Origin: Minisyncoccia bacterium | GTDB taxonomy: Bacteria > Patescibacteriota > Minisyncoccia > Phycocordibacterales > UBA9973 | Direction: 5' to 3' | Assembly: GCA_965656375.1 (NCBI GenBank) | Contig: CBFHKH010000001.1 | Coordinates: forward strand, 708,291-772,290 | Length of the DNA: 64,000 nt | In this document: in pieces, positions 23,080 to 33,849 of the stretch | How positions within the stretch are numbered: position 1 is the stretch's first letter | Layout: each line of letters starts with the position of its first letter | Made by a program: the position numbers and the translations under genes | Notes under the pieces: generated by a model | Told to the model about the DNA's origin: nothing | Database searches by the model: none | Seen by the model: the letters and a program-made list of their open reading frames with translations, nothing else

Positions 23080-23493
23080 ATGCTTGTAGAAAAGATCAAC
23101 AAAGGGGATAGTAGCGCAGTGTTTGTATACACCACATGTAGAGACAGGGAAGAAGCTCGCTTAATTGGGCTCGAATGCATCAGAAATAGACTTGCGGTTT
23201 GTTCAGACTTCTGGGAGATAAACTCTGTGTACCCATGGAATGGAGTCATAGAAGAAGTTTCCCAATATATGCTTATGCTTACTACTGAAAAGCGCCTCAG
23301 CCCGGAACTTATTTCATTTATTGGCACGATCCATTCATATACAACGCCCATGATATCAGAGCTTGATGTCGCTCTCATGAATTCAAGTTACAAATTTTGG
23401 GCAGATACTACACTCGATAGCAGAGAAGATTATGTTTTAGAAGAGGATATCAGTAGAGAAGAGAGCAACACCAACATTGAAAAGCTCAAATAG
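23080..23493 (+). CDS. cutA: divalent-cation tolerance protein CutA
   Basis: VYTTC.D.EEA..I…L.ERLAAC…I.S.Y.W.G.IEE pattern along 137 aa is typical of CutA1. Confidence 0.65.
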   Translation: MLVEKINKGDSSAVFVYTTCRDREEARLIGLECIRNRLAVCSDFWEINSVYPWNGVIEEVSQYMLMLTTEKRLSPELISFIGTIHSYTTPMISELDVALMNSSYKFWADTTLDSREDYVLEEDISREESNTNIEKLK

Positions 23494-23543
23494 CTCACCC
23501 GGTATAGTTTTATAAAGATTTGATATGATATACTGTACCCAGT

Positions 23544-25292
23544 ATGCATGTTGATGAAAAGACAATCATAGACCTCCTCAATAGTTCAGATCTTGTCTCA
23601 AAGACTGACGTCGCGATGGCGCAGAAAAAAGCAAAAGAGACCAATCAATCAATTGGTGCTGTTCTTATGAGTGATGGTAAATTGACTGAGAAAGACTGGA
23701 ATAGTATGCAGGCGGTATCGCTCGGTATTCCGTTTATTAGTCTCAAGGGTGAACACATCGATCCTGAAGTACTCATGCTCATTCCAGAACCGATTGCTCG
23801 CAATAACAACATTATCGCTTATAAAAAGACTAAACTTGGCCTCGAAGTGGCTATGCTCGATGTCGATAACCTTTCAGTTATCGACTTTATAAAGAAAAAG
23901 GTAGGCCTCAAAATCCTTCCTCGAATGACAAGTTCGGATTCTATAAAAGAAGCACTCACTCAGTACAAAAAAAGTCTCCAAGCTGACTTTGAAGATATCA
24001 TCAAAAAAGAATCAGCATCGATCAAGCCCGTATCCGAAGACGGTGAAGAAAAATCCGAAAAGGAACTTAAAGAACTTGCCGAAGATCTACCAATCGTAAA
24101 AATTGTCGATACACTTATCTCTCACGCAATTCTCCAAGGTGCGTCTGATGTTCATATTGAACCAGGAGAAGCCTCACTTATCGTTCGTTATCGTATCGAC
24201 GGAATTCTTCATGATGCCATGGTCCTTCCGCGTGATACCGCATCGGGGATCGTTGCACGCATCAAAGTGCTCTCGAGCCTTAAGCTCGACGAGAAGCGCT
24301 TGCCCCAAGACGGACGATTCAAGATCGTTAACGATCAGGGGAGTGTTTCGTTTCGTGTTTCAACTCTTCCGACATACTTTGGTGAAAAGACCGTTATTCG
24401 TATCTTGCGGGAGAATACAAAAGGATTTTCTCTCGAAGGTCTTGGATTTCACGGTGAAGCGCTTGAACGTATTCACGATGGTATGAAGCAGCGAACGGGA
24501 ATGCTTCTCTGTGCTGGACCAACTGGTTCGGGTAAGACAACGACGCTTTACACTGTGCTCGATATTTTAAATACTCCAGATGTGAATATTTCCACAGTTG
24601 AAGATCCGATCGAATATCAGATGGCCCGTATCAATCAAACGCAGACAAAAGCCGAGATTGGACTAACATTTGCAAACGGTCTTCGTACGCTACTTCGTCA
24701 GGACCCGGATATTATCATGGTGGGAGAGATCCGCGATGGAGAGACAGCATCGCTTGCCGTCAATGCCGCACTTACTGGTCACCTTGTGCTCTCTACAATC
24801 CATACAAACTCGGCGGTGGGAGCTATTCCACGTATGATCGATATGGGAGTTGAATCGTTCCTCATCGTCTCAACGGTGAAGACTGTGATCGCGCAGCGTC
24901 TTGTTCGTAAGCTTGCTGATGGAAAACAGAAATATTTCTTGAGCCCTGCGGAACGAGAAGCACTTGAGAAAATAGTCAGTCTTGATCGTGTCCTTGGGTT
25001 TCTGAAGAAGGAAAAGATCGTCGGGGATGATGCCACCTGGGATACTATTCCGTTCTATAAGCCAGCGCCAAGCGAAGAATCCGAGAGTGGATTCAAAGGT
25101 CGTGTCGGTATTCATGAAGTCATGAAAGTTACAACCACAATCAAGGAGATGATCTTAAAAGGTGCTCCCGATGTAGAGATTGAGAATAAAGCAAAGGAAG
25201 AGGGCATGATGACGATGCTCGAAGATGGCATATTCCTCGCTGCTCAAGGGCTAACATCTACAGAAGAAGTCCTCCGTGTTGTGTCTGAGTAA
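23544..25292 (+). CDS. pilB: type IV pilus assembly ATPase PilB (GspE family)
   Basis: Walker A GPTGSGKTTTLY. GspE N-terminal domain. Asp box and His box present. 582 aa. Confidence 0.85.
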   Translation: MHVDEKTIIDLLNSSDLVSKTDVAMAQKKAKETNQSIGAVLMSDGKLTEKDWNSMQAVSLGIPFISLKGEHIDPEVLMLIPEPIARNNNIIAYKKTKLGLEVAMLDVDNLSVIDFIKKKVGLKILPRMTSSDSIKEALTQYKKSLQADFEDIIKKESASIKPVSEDGEEKSEKELKELAEDLPIVKIVDTLISHAILQGASDVHIEPGEASLIVRYRIDGILHDAMVLPRDTASGIVARIKVLSSLKLDEKRLPQDGRFKIVNDQGSVSFRVSTLPTYFGEKTVIRILRENTKGFSLEGLGFHGEALERIHDGMKQRTGMLLCAGPTGSGKTTTLYTVLDILNTPDVNISTVEDPIEYQMARINQTQTKAEIGLTFANGLRTLLRQDPDIIMVGEIRDGETASLAVNAALTGHLVLSTIHTNSAVGAIPRMIDMGVESFLIVSTVKTVIAQRLVRKLADGKQKYFLSPAEREALEKIVSLDRVLGFLKKEKIVGDDATWDTIPFYKPAPSEESESGFKGRVGIHEVMKVTTTIKEMILKGAPDVEIENKAKEEGMMTMLEDGIFLAAQGLTSTEEVLRVVSE

Positions 25293-25303
25293 TACATACA
25301 AAT

Positions 25304-26518
25304 ATGAATTTTAAATACAAGATCCAAACCAAAGATAAACAGATCATCGAAGGCTACAAGGATGCACCCGATAAGTTCACTCTTGCTCGTGAATTGCGCG
25401 AACAAGGGAGTACTCCGCTTCTTATAGAAGAATCAAAAGGAAAAGGAGAAAAATCAATATTGAAGATGGATCTTTTTGGACATGTTTCTCTTTCCGACAA
25501 AATGATATTCACAAATAATCTCTCTGGAATGCTTTTAGCGGGGCTGTCTCTGACTCGAGCACTTACCATACTTGAGAAACAATCAAAGAATGTCACATTC
25601 AATAAAATCCTTACTTCGCTTGTTGAAGATGTAAACAAGGGTAACACGCTTTCCGATGGCATGAAAAAATTTCCTAAAGTTTTCTCTGGTATCTTTGTAT
25701 CGATGGTTCACTCTGGTGAGGAATCGGGCGGTTTACCCGCGGCACTTTCTGAAGTCGGGCTCAATCTCAAAAAGTCATATGACTTGAGAAAAAAAGTCAA
25801 AGGGGCGCTCATGTATCCATCAATCATCTTGATCGCGATCTTCATTATTGGAGTACTTATGATGATGTTCGTTGTTCCTACGCTTACTAAGACATTCAAA
25901 GATCTCGGAGGGGATCTGCCTGGTTCGACAAAGTTTGTCATCTGGCTTTCGGATACCATCAGTGAGCACACGCTTTTATTCTTGCTTGCTGTCGCGGTGA
26001 TCGTCACGATTTTTGTTCTTTTTGCCAAGCTTAAGTCAACGAAAAAATACTTTGATTTTATCGTTTTGCGGTTACCGGTGATCGGCACTATCGCCAAAGA
26101 GGTGAATACTGCTCGTACTGCTCGTACGCTCTCATCACTTCTTACATCGGGGGTAGATATGTCTCGAGCGCTCTCTATCACTCAAGAAGTTTTGCAGAAC
26201 ACATACTACAAAGACCTGATAGCTCGGTCAATTGTAAATATAGAAAAAGGTGAACCGCTCTCGACAAGCTTCAAAGAAGGAACAAAACTCTATCCAGTTA
26301 TGATGGGGGAAATGATCGAAGTGGGTGAAGAAACTGGTAATCTGTCCAAAATGCTTATAGATATCGCAAATTTCTATGAGGCAGAGGTAGATAACAAGAC
26401 AAAAGATCTCTCCACAATCATCGAACCGGTTCTCATGGTGTTCATTGGAGGTGCCGTCGGATTCTTTGCTGTTTCTATGATCTCTCCTATGTATTCAGTT
26501 ATGAGTAATATAAAATAA
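25304..26518 (+). CDS. pilC: type IV pilus inner-membrane platform protein PilC (GspF family)
   Basis: Two T2SS-F repeats, 3 TM helices, 404 aa, directly downstream of pilB. Confidence 0.8.
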   Translation: MNFKYKIQTKDKQIIEGYKDAPDKFTLARELREQGSTPLLIEESKGKGEKSILKMDLFGHVSLSDKMIFTNNLSGMLLAGLSLTRALTILEKQSKNVTFNKILTSLVEDVNKGNTLSDGMKKFPKVFSGIFVSMVHSGEESGGLPAALSEVGLNLKKSYDLRKKVKGALMYPSIILIAIFIIGVLMMMFVVPTLTKTFKDLGGDLPGSTKFVIWLSDTISEHTLLFLLAVAVIVTIFVLFAKLKSTKKYFDFIVLRLPVIGTIAKEVNTARTARTLSSLLTSGVDMSRALSITQEVLQNTYYKDLIARSIVNIEKGEPLSTSFKEGTKLYPVMMGEMIEVGEETGNLSKMLIDIANFYEAEVDNKTKDLSTIIEPVLMVFIGGAVGFFAVSMISPMYSVMSNIK

Positions 26519-26522
26519 GAAT

Positions 26523-27002
26523 ATGCATCACATCACAAACAAAGGAATCACTATGCTTGAGATACTTGTTGTCATCAGTCTTCTGGTACTTCTCTCGGTA
26601 GTAACTGTCCCAAGTCTTGTTCGATTTCGAAGCGAACAACTTTTAAACAATACAGCTTCAGATATCGTTTCAATGATAAACAGAGCGCGTAGTGATACGG
26701 TTTCATCACTCAACTCTACGAGTTACGGCGTTCACTTTGACTCGAATCAAGTTGTCTACTATGTTGGCTCTGTATATGATCCGGATATTGTTCCACTAGC
26801 GAACAACAAGATCACATTCGATTCCAGTATTATTATGGCAAGTGACGGGATTAATTTAAATGGGGGCGGAAGTAACGTAACTTTTACCCGTCTTACGGGA
26901 GAGACAACAAACTATGGTACAATTACCATTAGGCTTTCATCTGATGCCGCTCGGCAAAAGGTTATTACTATCAGTAAAGCAGGTTCTGCAAGTTCAAACT
27001 AA
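26523..27002 (+). CDS. prepilin-type N-terminal cleavage/methylation domain protein (pseudopilin, GspH/FimT-like)
   Basis: Class III signal …NKG|ITMLEILVVISLLVLL with Glu at +5. 159 aa. Confidence 0.65.
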   Translation: MHHITNKGITMLEILVVISLLVLLSVVTVPSLVRFRSEQLLNNTASDIVSMINRARSDTVSSLNSTSYGVHFDSNQVVYYVGSVYDPDIVPLANNKITFDSSIIMASDGINLNGGGSNVTFTRLTGETTNYGTITIRLSSDAARQKVITISKAGSASSN

Positions 27003-27515
27003 ATGAACACTACCCATAGGAAAAATGGATACAAAAATTATTCGAAAGGTTTTAGCCTCATTGAGGTTCTCATTGCATGTGGAATAATATCAGTCTGTAT
27101 CTTTGCACTGATGACTACAGCAACGAAGGGAATTCAACTTTCAAATCAAGCACTCCGTCAGACACAAGCAAGCCTTCTTTTAGAAGAAGGGGGTGAAGCC
27201 GTTAAATCAATTCGCGATACGAACTGGACTACAATTTCGAGTCTTACCGTTGGTACCACATACTACTTGAGTTACAGTACAAGTACTAATACCTGGTCAC
27301 TTGGTACGAGTGTCCAAAGTCCAATAGATTCTCTCTTTACAAGAACAGTTGTATTTACAGCAGTAAATCGCGATTCAAACGATGATATTGTGACTTCAGG
27401 TGGTACGCTCGATGCTCGAACAAAAAAAGTTACGGTGACTGTCTCTTGGCCATCGTATGATGCATCGACTACTTCGCGGACGCTGACTTTTTATATCAGT
27501 GATATTTTTAATTAG
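27003..27515 (+). CDS. prepilin-type pilin/pseudopilin
   Basis: Canonical …SKG|FSLIEVLIACGII N-terminal methylation motif. Confidence 0.7.
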   Translation: MNTTHRKNGYKNYSKGFSLIEVLIACGIISVCIFALMTTATKGIQLSNQALRQTQASLLLEEGGEAVKSIRDTNWTTISSLTVGTTYYLSYSTSTNTWSLGTSVQSPIDSLFTRTVVFTAVNRDSNDDIVTSGGTLDARTKKVTVTVSWPSYDASTTSRTLTFYISDIFN

Positions 27516-28035
27516 TATGAAGATCCAAAAGAAAAGTGGATACAGTATTGTAGAGATGATAGTATATCTGGCGATTTTTGCATTTATGTCTCTTGTTGTG
27601 ATCAATTCATTTATGGTGATCCTCAGATCTTTCAATCATGCTCGAATAAATCGCGATCTTCTTGAATCAGGAGCAACAGCTATGGAGAGAATTTCTCGAG
27701 AACTTCGCAAATCAAAAGTTGTAAATGTCGCAAACAGTTCTTTTGGATCAAACCCTGGTATCCTACAACTCGACAATCTCAATGTTACCGGAACTCCAGA
27801 TTCCATCATACGGTTCACTGTTACAAATGGTGATCTTAACATCACAGAGAATGGAACAGTGATCGGTAATTTGCTTGGGGAGAATGTGAGCGTTACGAAC
27901 CTTATCTTCAGGCGCATTACTACGCCACACGGTGATGCAGTGAAGATCGAGCTTACGATACAGATTGTCTCAGGTGGTATCATTCGAAGCGAGAATTTTT
28001 ATGACACGATATTATCGCGCGGAACTATAAATTAA
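27499..28035 (+). CDS. prepilin-type minor pilin
   Basis: …KSG|YSIVEMIVYLAIF class III signal-like N-terminus. Overlaps the upstream gene by 17 nt. Confidence 0.6.
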   Translation: MIFLISMKIQKKSGYSIVEMIVYLAIFAFMSLVVINSFMVILRSFNHARINRDLLESGATAMERISRELRKSKVVNVANSSFGSNPGILQLDNLNVTGTPDSIIRFTVTNGDLNITENGTVIGNLLGENVSVTNLIFRRITTPHGDAVKIELTIQIVSGGIIRSENFYDTILSRGTIN

Positions 28036-28038
28036 TAT

Positions 28039-29802
28039 ATGAGAGTATCTAATCATACATATCAGACAAATAAAGGAGCCGCAATGATGATCGTCGTACT
28101 CTTCTTCGTATTCATCAGTCTTACTATTTTGGTGGGTATCATTGCGCCTGTAGTGCGAGAATATAAAATTGCTACAACAACATTTAATTCAAAAAATTCA
28201 TATTTCCTTGCGGAATCCGGTGTTGAAGATGCGCTCTATCGTATAAAGAATAATAAGCAAATTGGTACGAGCGAGACTATCGTTTTAGGTGCATCAAGTA
28301 CAACTACGACCATCACCACTCTCTCGAGCAATCAAAAGCAGATCACATCACTCGGAGACACGAGTTCAAATCAAAGAAAGGTTGATATGACAATCACTAC
28401 TACTCCTGGAGTGTCATTCAATTATGGAGTGCTTGTCGGCCAAGGGGGGATTGATCTCAATGGAAGTGGTACGGTCAATGGAAACGTCTATGCAAACGGT
28501 CCGATCACTGGGGATAGTTCTGCCATCATTACTGGTACGGCTATTTCAGCGAATAGTCCGGCACTTTCTGCAAATCAAACAAATGGTACTGGTACTCCAT
28601 CAAACAACATAACTTTTGCAGATGCCACTGGAACTCAGGATATTGCTCAAAGCTTTCAAGTAACAGTTGAAAGCCCGCTTAACAAAGCTCAATTTTATAT
28701 GAGACGATCAAGCACTGCTCCATCGAATGCAACGGTTAAAATAATGAATGATGCAAGTGGAAGCCCGGGTACTACAGTGCTTGCAAGCGGTACACTTACT
28801 GCTTCTTCTGTTACTACATCGTATGGATGGGTAGAGGTTTCGTTCAGTACAAATCCAGTTCTCGATACTGGTACGACGTACTGGCTTGTGATCGATGCAT
28901 CGGTATCTACTGGTAAATCATATACAATCGGGGCTAATAGCGCCGGGTATGCAAACGGTGCAGCAAAGATTGGAACACAAGGGGGAACCTGGAACAATAC
29001 ATCGCCATCGGGACTCGATTACTATTTCAGTTTATATCTCGGTGGAGTGAATGGGTTGATTGCCGGATCATCGGGTAGTCAGTGGAATCAGCTTCACATT
29101 GGAACTGTTTCAGGTACTGCTCAGGCAAATACAGTAAACTACACCAATGCTACCGGAACGATCTATTGCCAAACAGGTACTGGTAACAATAAATCATGTA
29201 CATCGCAAGCTGATCCTGTGTATCAAACATTTCCCGTATCTGATGCTAATATTGCTGCATGGCAAGCGGAAGCAGTTGCAGGGGGGACTACTACTGGAAA
29301 TTATACTGTGGGCTGGGCAGGAGGAACTCTTGGACCGCGAAAGATCGAAGGAAATCTTACAGTAAGCAACGGAGGCACACTCACGATTACTGGTAATGTG
29401 TGGGTAACTGGCAATATTACTCTTGATGGAGGAGGGATTATCAAGCTTTCATCGACATATGGTACGAGTGATGCAGTGATGGTAGCTGATGGTACGATCT
29501 CTATTTCAGGAGGTGGTTATGCTACTGGATCGGGGACAACGGGAAGTTATATCATGATGCTTACCACAAGCTCGTCTACGAGCGCAGCATCGATCTCTGG
29601 TGGAGCAGGCGCGGTTATTATCTATGCTGCAAACGGTACAATCAATATATCCGGGGGAGCATCACTTAAAGAAGCAACAGGATATCGGATAATGATCTCT
29701 GGAGCTTCAAGTGTGACATATGAATCGGGCCTTTCCAACAACAATTTCTCAAGTGGCCCCTCAGGAACGTGGACAGTAGGTACGTGGAAGGAGACCCAAT
29801 AA
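28039..29802 (+). CDS. large (587 aa) pilin-like protein, Thr/Gly/Ser-rich; candidate pilus-tip or adhesin subunit
   Basis: N-terminus …TNKG|AAMMIVVLFFVFISL resembles a prepilin leader followed by a hydrophobic helix. The remainder is low-complexity and beta-rich (GT/GS repeats). Confidence 0.5.
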   Translation: MRVSNHTYQTNKGAAMMIVVLFFVFISLTILVGIIAPVVREYKIATTTFNSKNSYFLAESGVEDALYRIKNNKQIGTSETIVLGASSTTTTITTLSSNQKQITSLGDTSSNQRKVDMTITTTPGVSFNYGVLVGQGGIDLNGSGTVNGNVYANGPITGDSSAIITGTAISANSPALSANQTNGTGTPSNNITFADATGTQDIAQSFQVTVESPLNKAQFYMRRSSTAPSNATVKIMNDASGSPGTTVLASGTLTASSVTTSYGWVEVSFSTNPVLDTGTTYWLVIDASVSTGKSYTIGANSAGYANGAAKIGTQGGTWNNTSPSGLDYYFSLYLGGVNGLIAGSSGSQWNQLHIGTVSGTAQANTVNYTNATGTIYCQTGTGNNKSCTSQADPVYQTFPVSDANIAAWQAEAVAGGTTTGNYTVGWAGGTLGPRKIEGNLTVSNGGTLTITGNVWVTGNITLDGGGIIKLSSTYGTSDAVMVADGTISISGGGYATGSGTTGSYIMMLTTSSSTSAASISGGAGAVIIYAANGTINISGGASLKEATGYRIMISGASSVTYESGLSNNNFSSGPSGTWTVGTWKETQ

Positions 29803-29830
29803 CCAAGACTTCATATGGTATACTTACCAT

Positions 29831-30589
29831 ATGAAGAAACTCATAGTAGGTAACTGGAAGATGAACCCGCAATCTGGCAAGGAGGCGGTGATTCTTTTTA
29901 AAAGCATTGCTCAATCAGCAAAGAATCTGAAAGGTGTGGATATTGTTATTTGTGCTCCTTTTCCCCATATACCTCTATTGAAAGGGCAAAAGAGTAAACT
30001 CATTGCACTTGGCGCACAAGATGTCTTTTATGAACAAAAAGGCGCATATACCGGTGAAATATCGCCACTCATGCTTGTCGATAGTGGAGTAACATACGCT
30101 ATCGTCGGTCATTCTGAGCGTCGGGCACTTGGAGAAACAGATGAAATAATAAACAAAAAAGTGGCTGTACTTTTGAAAGCAAAGATCACTCCGATTCTCT
30201 GTGTTGGAGAATCTGTCCGCACTCATGATGGTTCGTATCTTCTTGTCGTGAAAGAGCAGATCATAAAATGTCTCTCAGGAATAAACAAGAGTCAGATCAA
30301 AAACATCGTTATTGCATATGAGCCGGTCTGGGCGCTTTCAAGTACAGAGAACCGCCATGATGCAACTCCTCATGATTTTGAAGAAATGAAAATATATATC
30401 CGCAAGATTCTCACCGATATGTGGAGTCCGCTTATTGCTTCCTCTGTACGGATTCTCTATGGTGGATCTGCAAATAAAGATAACGCAGAGAGCTTTCTTA
30501 ACGCTGGCGCTGACGGACTACTTCCTGGAAAGGCAAGTTTGGACGCAAGAAATTTTACTAAGATCATCGAGATCGCACGAAGCATATAA
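29831..30589 (+). CDS. tpiA: triosephosphate isomerase
   Basis: MKKLIVGNWKMN N-terminus. AYEPVWA active-site region. GGS…N loop near the C-terminus. Confidence 0.85.
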   Translation: MKKLIVGNWKMNPQSGKEAVILFKSIAQSAKNLKGVDIVICAPFPHIPLLKGQKSKLIALGAQDVFYEQKGAYTGEISPLMLVDSGVTYAIVGHSERRALGETDEIINKKVAVLLKAKITPILCVGESVRTHDGSYLLVVKEQIIKCLSGINKSQIKNIVIAYEPVWALSSTENRHDATPHDFEEMKIYIRKILTDMWSPLIASSVRILYGGSANKDNAESFLNAGADGLLPGKASLDARNFTKIIEIARSI

Positions 30590-30593
30590 TAAT

Positions 30594-31715
30594 ATGAAAT
30601 CAATCAAAGATATCGAAGACTTGAAGGGGAGACGTGTGCTTGTGCGTGTAGATTTTAATGTGCCAGTTACAGATGGTAAAGTTTTGAGCGACTTTCGTAT
30701 TAAGAAAGCTCTCCCAACGATAGAATATTTGCACAAAAAAGGTGCGACAGTAATACTCCTCTCCCACATTGGAGATGAGGGTACAGAGAGTTTGAAACCA
30801 GTCGCAGATGTACTCAAGAAGCACATACCAAATCTAAATTTTATTAAAACTTCTATATTTTCAGATGAAACTGAGGAAGTTTTAAAAAATTTGAAGAAAG
30901 GAAGTGTAGTGCTCCTGGAGAATCTTCGCCGCGAACCTGGGGAAAAGAAGAACGCTCCGTCATTCGCGCGCGCGCTGTCACGTTTTGGCACAGTCTACGT
31001 GAACGACGCGTTTTCAAACTCTCATCGCCCACATGCATCTATGATTGGAATTACAAAATATCTTCCTGGGTATGCGGGGTTTCAGCTTGAAGAAGAAGTT
31101 AAAAATCTTTCCCAAGCGTTTACGCCAGCTCATCCTTTCCTTTTTATACTCGGTGGAGCAAAATTCAGTACGAAGATCCCTCTCATAAAGAAATTCGTAC
31201 GCGACGCTGACACGGTCTTTATAGGCGGTGCGATTGCGAATGACTTTTTCAGAGCACGAGGATACGAAGTAGGAACATCCCTTGTAGAGGATGGTGATTT
31301 TCAGATACCTGCTCTTATGAAGCACAAAAACCTTATTCTTCCTTCTGATGTTGAAGTTCAAAAAGGTAAAAAGTATCGCTTCACAAAACCAGATGCAGTG
31401 TCGAACGATGAAACCATTGTTGATATTGGACCAGAGAGTACAGAATTACTCAAGGGTTTGATAGAGAAAGCAAAATTTATTCTCTGGAATGGACCGATTA
31501 CTAAGTTTGGCATTGCATCTGGCGAGTCTACAAAATCAATACTTAAATATATTGCAAAGTCTAATGCTCGCAGTATCATTGGCGGAGGAGATACGGTTGC
31601 GTACATCACGAAATTAAAGCTTGAGGACAAGCTTGGCTTTATCTCGACTGGCGGTGGCGCAACGCTTGATTTCCTCGCAAAAGGCACACTTCCTGCTATT
31701 AAGGTTTTGAAGTAA
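30594..31715 (+). CDS. pgk: phosphoglycerate kinase
   Basis: RVDFNVP N-terminal substrate-binding motif. GGGA…L C-terminal nucleotide motif. The start was taken at the in-frame ATG at 30594, after the tpiA stop. Confidence 0.85.
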   Translation: MKSIKDIEDLKGRRVLVRVDFNVPVTDGKVLSDFRIKKALPTIEYLHKKGATVILLSHIGDEGTESLKPVADVLKKHIPNLNFIKTSIFSDETEEVLKNLKKGSVVLLENLRREPGEKKNAPSFARALSRFGTVYVNDAFSNSHRPHASMIGITKYLPGYAGFQLEEEVKNLSQAFTPAHPFLFILGGAKFSTKIPLIKKFVRDADTVFIGGAIANDFFRARGYEVGTSLVEDGDFQIPALMKHKNLILPSDVEVQKGKKYRFTKPDAVSNDETIVDIGPESTELLKGLIEKAKFILWNGPITKFGIASGESTKSILKYIAKSNARSIIGGGDTVAYITKLKLEDKLGFISTGGGATLDFLAKGTLPAIKVLK

Positions 31716-31725
31716 TATAGGGGAT

Positions 31726-33378
31726 ATGCCAAAACCTGCTGAACTCTTGGAATTGTTATTGAAAAATAGAGGAATCGCTCTTGAAAATCAAGAGCGATTC
31801 TTGAATCCTCTCTACGAACACCTGTATGACCCATATCTACTCAAGGATATGGAAAAATCTGTCGTACGGATTTTCGAAGCCACTGAAGGTAATGAGAAGA
31901 TTGTAATCTATAGTGACTACGACTGCGACGGTATTCCTGCTGCGGTTATTATGCATGATTTTTTTACGAAGATTGGATACGATAATTTCTCTATCTATAT
32001 CCCTGATCGTCATGACGAAGGGTATGGTTTGCACGCCGATGCAATAGATCAATTTATCAAAGACGGTGTAAAGCTTTTGATAACGTTTGACCTCGGTATT
32101 ACTGCAATACATGAAGTCGCTCAAGCACAGAGTGCGGGTATTGATGTTATCATTACTGATCACCACGTACCGCATGAAGAAACCCCTCGGGCGTATGCAA
32201 TTATTAATCCAAAACAAGAAGGATGCGACTATCCAGATAAAATGCTCTGTGGTGCAGGGATCGCGTTTAAGCTTGTGCAAGCACTTATTAGTAAATATGG
32301 AGAGTATTGGAAAATACCGAACGGTTGGGAGAAATGGCTGCTTGATATGGCAGGTCTTGCAACGCTTGCTGATCAGGTTCCACTTACGGGAGAGAATCGC
32401 GTGCTTGCGTACTATGGGCTCAAGGTTTTGCAAAAAGCTCGCAGACCGGGACTGGCTGAACTTTTTCGTAAAGCAGGCGTAGATGTAACCAAACTGTGCG
32501 AAGAAGATGTGACATTTACTCTGGCACCGAGGCTCAACGCTGCATCACGCATGGCGAGCCCGATGCGAGCATTCGAAGTACTGGCGACGACTGATAGTGT
32601 AGAAGCGAAAACTCTGGCAGATCATCTTTCGAAGATCAACGATGAACGTAAATCGATCGTAGCGCACATCATGAAAGATGTGAAAAAGACTCTTGGGAAG
32701 AGAGAAGAGAAACCGGTTATCGTCATTGGTAATCCAAATTGGCGGGTAGGAATACTTGGACTTGTCGCTTCAAAAATTGCCGAAGAATACAAGAAACCTG
32801 TATTCGTATGGGGATCCGAGGGAAGCGATACTATTCGTGGTTCATGCAGAGCATGGGGGAGTAGTAATCTCGTAGAAGTAATGGCGAAGCTTCCGGAGAA
32901 TAGTCTGCTTGATTTTGGTGGACATGTTTCAGCCGGAGGATTCTCCGTGTCGCACGAGGAGATTCATTTCTTAGAAGAGCGACTGCTTACTGTATTTGAC
33001 GGGATCACAGATACGAAGGAGAATAGTAACGTAGATAATATAGACGCGATTATTTCTATGGATGATGTGACGACAGAAAACTATGTTGTTATAGAAAAAC
33101 TTGCGCCATATGGTACAGGGAATCCAAAGCCTGTGTTTATGTTCAAGGATGTACCCATAACAGAGGCAAAAGAATTCGGCAAAGAAAAGAATCATTTAGA
33201 ATTGATATTTTTAAATACAAAAAGTCGCCCAGTCAAAGCGATTGCATTCTTTAAAACTCGTGAGAGTTTCAATCGATCAATCTCTGCCGGTGAACGCATA
33301 AATCTCACTGCTACATTTGAGAAAAGCACCTTCGCCGGCCGCACAGAGCTCAGATTGCGGATTGTTGATATACTATAA
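31726..33378 (+). CDS. recJ: single-stranded-DNA-specific exonuclease RecJ (DHH family)
   Basis: DHH motifs (DYDCDGIPA, ITDHH), DHHA1 region, 550 aa. Confidence 0.8.
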   Translation: MPKPAELLELLLKNRGIALENQERFLNPLYEHLYDPYLLKDMEKSVVRIFEATEGNEKIVIYSDYDCDGIPAAVIMHDFFTKIGYDNFSIYIPDRHDEGYGLHADAIDQFIKDGVKLLITFDLGITAIHEVAQAQSAGIDVIITDHHVPHEETPRAYAIINPKQEGCDYPDKMLCGAGIAFKLVQALISKYGEYWKIPNGWEKWLLDMAGLATLADQVPLTGENRVLAYYGLKVLQKARRPGLAELFRKAGVDVTKLCEEDVTFTLAPRLNAASRMASPMRAFEVLATTDSVEAKTLADHLSKINDERKSIVAHIMKDVKKTLGKREEKPVIVIGNPNWRVGILGLVASKIAEEYKKPVFVWGSEGSDTIRGSCRAWGSSNLVEVMAKLPENSLLDFGGHVSAGGFSVSHEEIHFLEERLLTVFDGITDTKENSNVDNIDAIISMDDVTTENYVVIEKLAPYGTGNPKPVFMFKDVPITEAKEFGKEKNHLELIFLNTKSRPVKAIAFFKTRESFNRSISAGERINLTATFEKSTFAGRTELRLRIVDIL

Positions 33379-33381
33379 AAT

Positions 33382-33849
33382 ATGCGAAACACTATCGAAA
33401 TATATACAGACGGGTCGTCGCTCGGGAATCCTGGTCCAGGGGGCTGGGGAGTTGTGATTGTAAATGGAGAAAAAATTATTCACGAGATTGGTGGGTACGA
33501 GAAAGAGACGACAAATAATCGCATGGAACTCATGGCTGTCATCGAATCACTCAAATATATTCTAAAAGTGTATGCAAATGATACTGTGATAATTCATGCT
33601 GATTCAACATACACCCTCGGCGGGGTGACTACATGGATACACAACTGGGAGAAGAATGGTTGGCGAACTGCAAATAAAAAAGAAGTTTTAAATCAAGATC
33701 TCTGGAAGGAACTCATTACTCTCGTCCGAGAGTTTAAAGGGAATCTCACATGGAACAAAGTAAAAGGTCACTCTGACCATATCTATAATGATCGCGCAGA
33801 TAAAATTGCTACACAATGCTCTTCGCTTCAAGATAGCTATGCTTTATAA
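33382..33849 (+). CDS. rnhA: ribonuclease HI
   Basis: IYTDGSSLGNPGPGGWG N-terminus. Conserved D/E/D catalytic residues. 155 aa. Confidence 0.85.
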   Translation: MRNTIEIYTDGSSLGNPGPGGWGVVIVNGEKIIHEIGGYEKETTNNRMELMAVIESLKYILKVYANDTVIIHADSTYTLGGVTTWIHNWEKNGWRTANKKEVLNQDLWKELITLVREFKGNLTWNKVKGHSDHIYNDRADKIATQCSSLQDSYAL

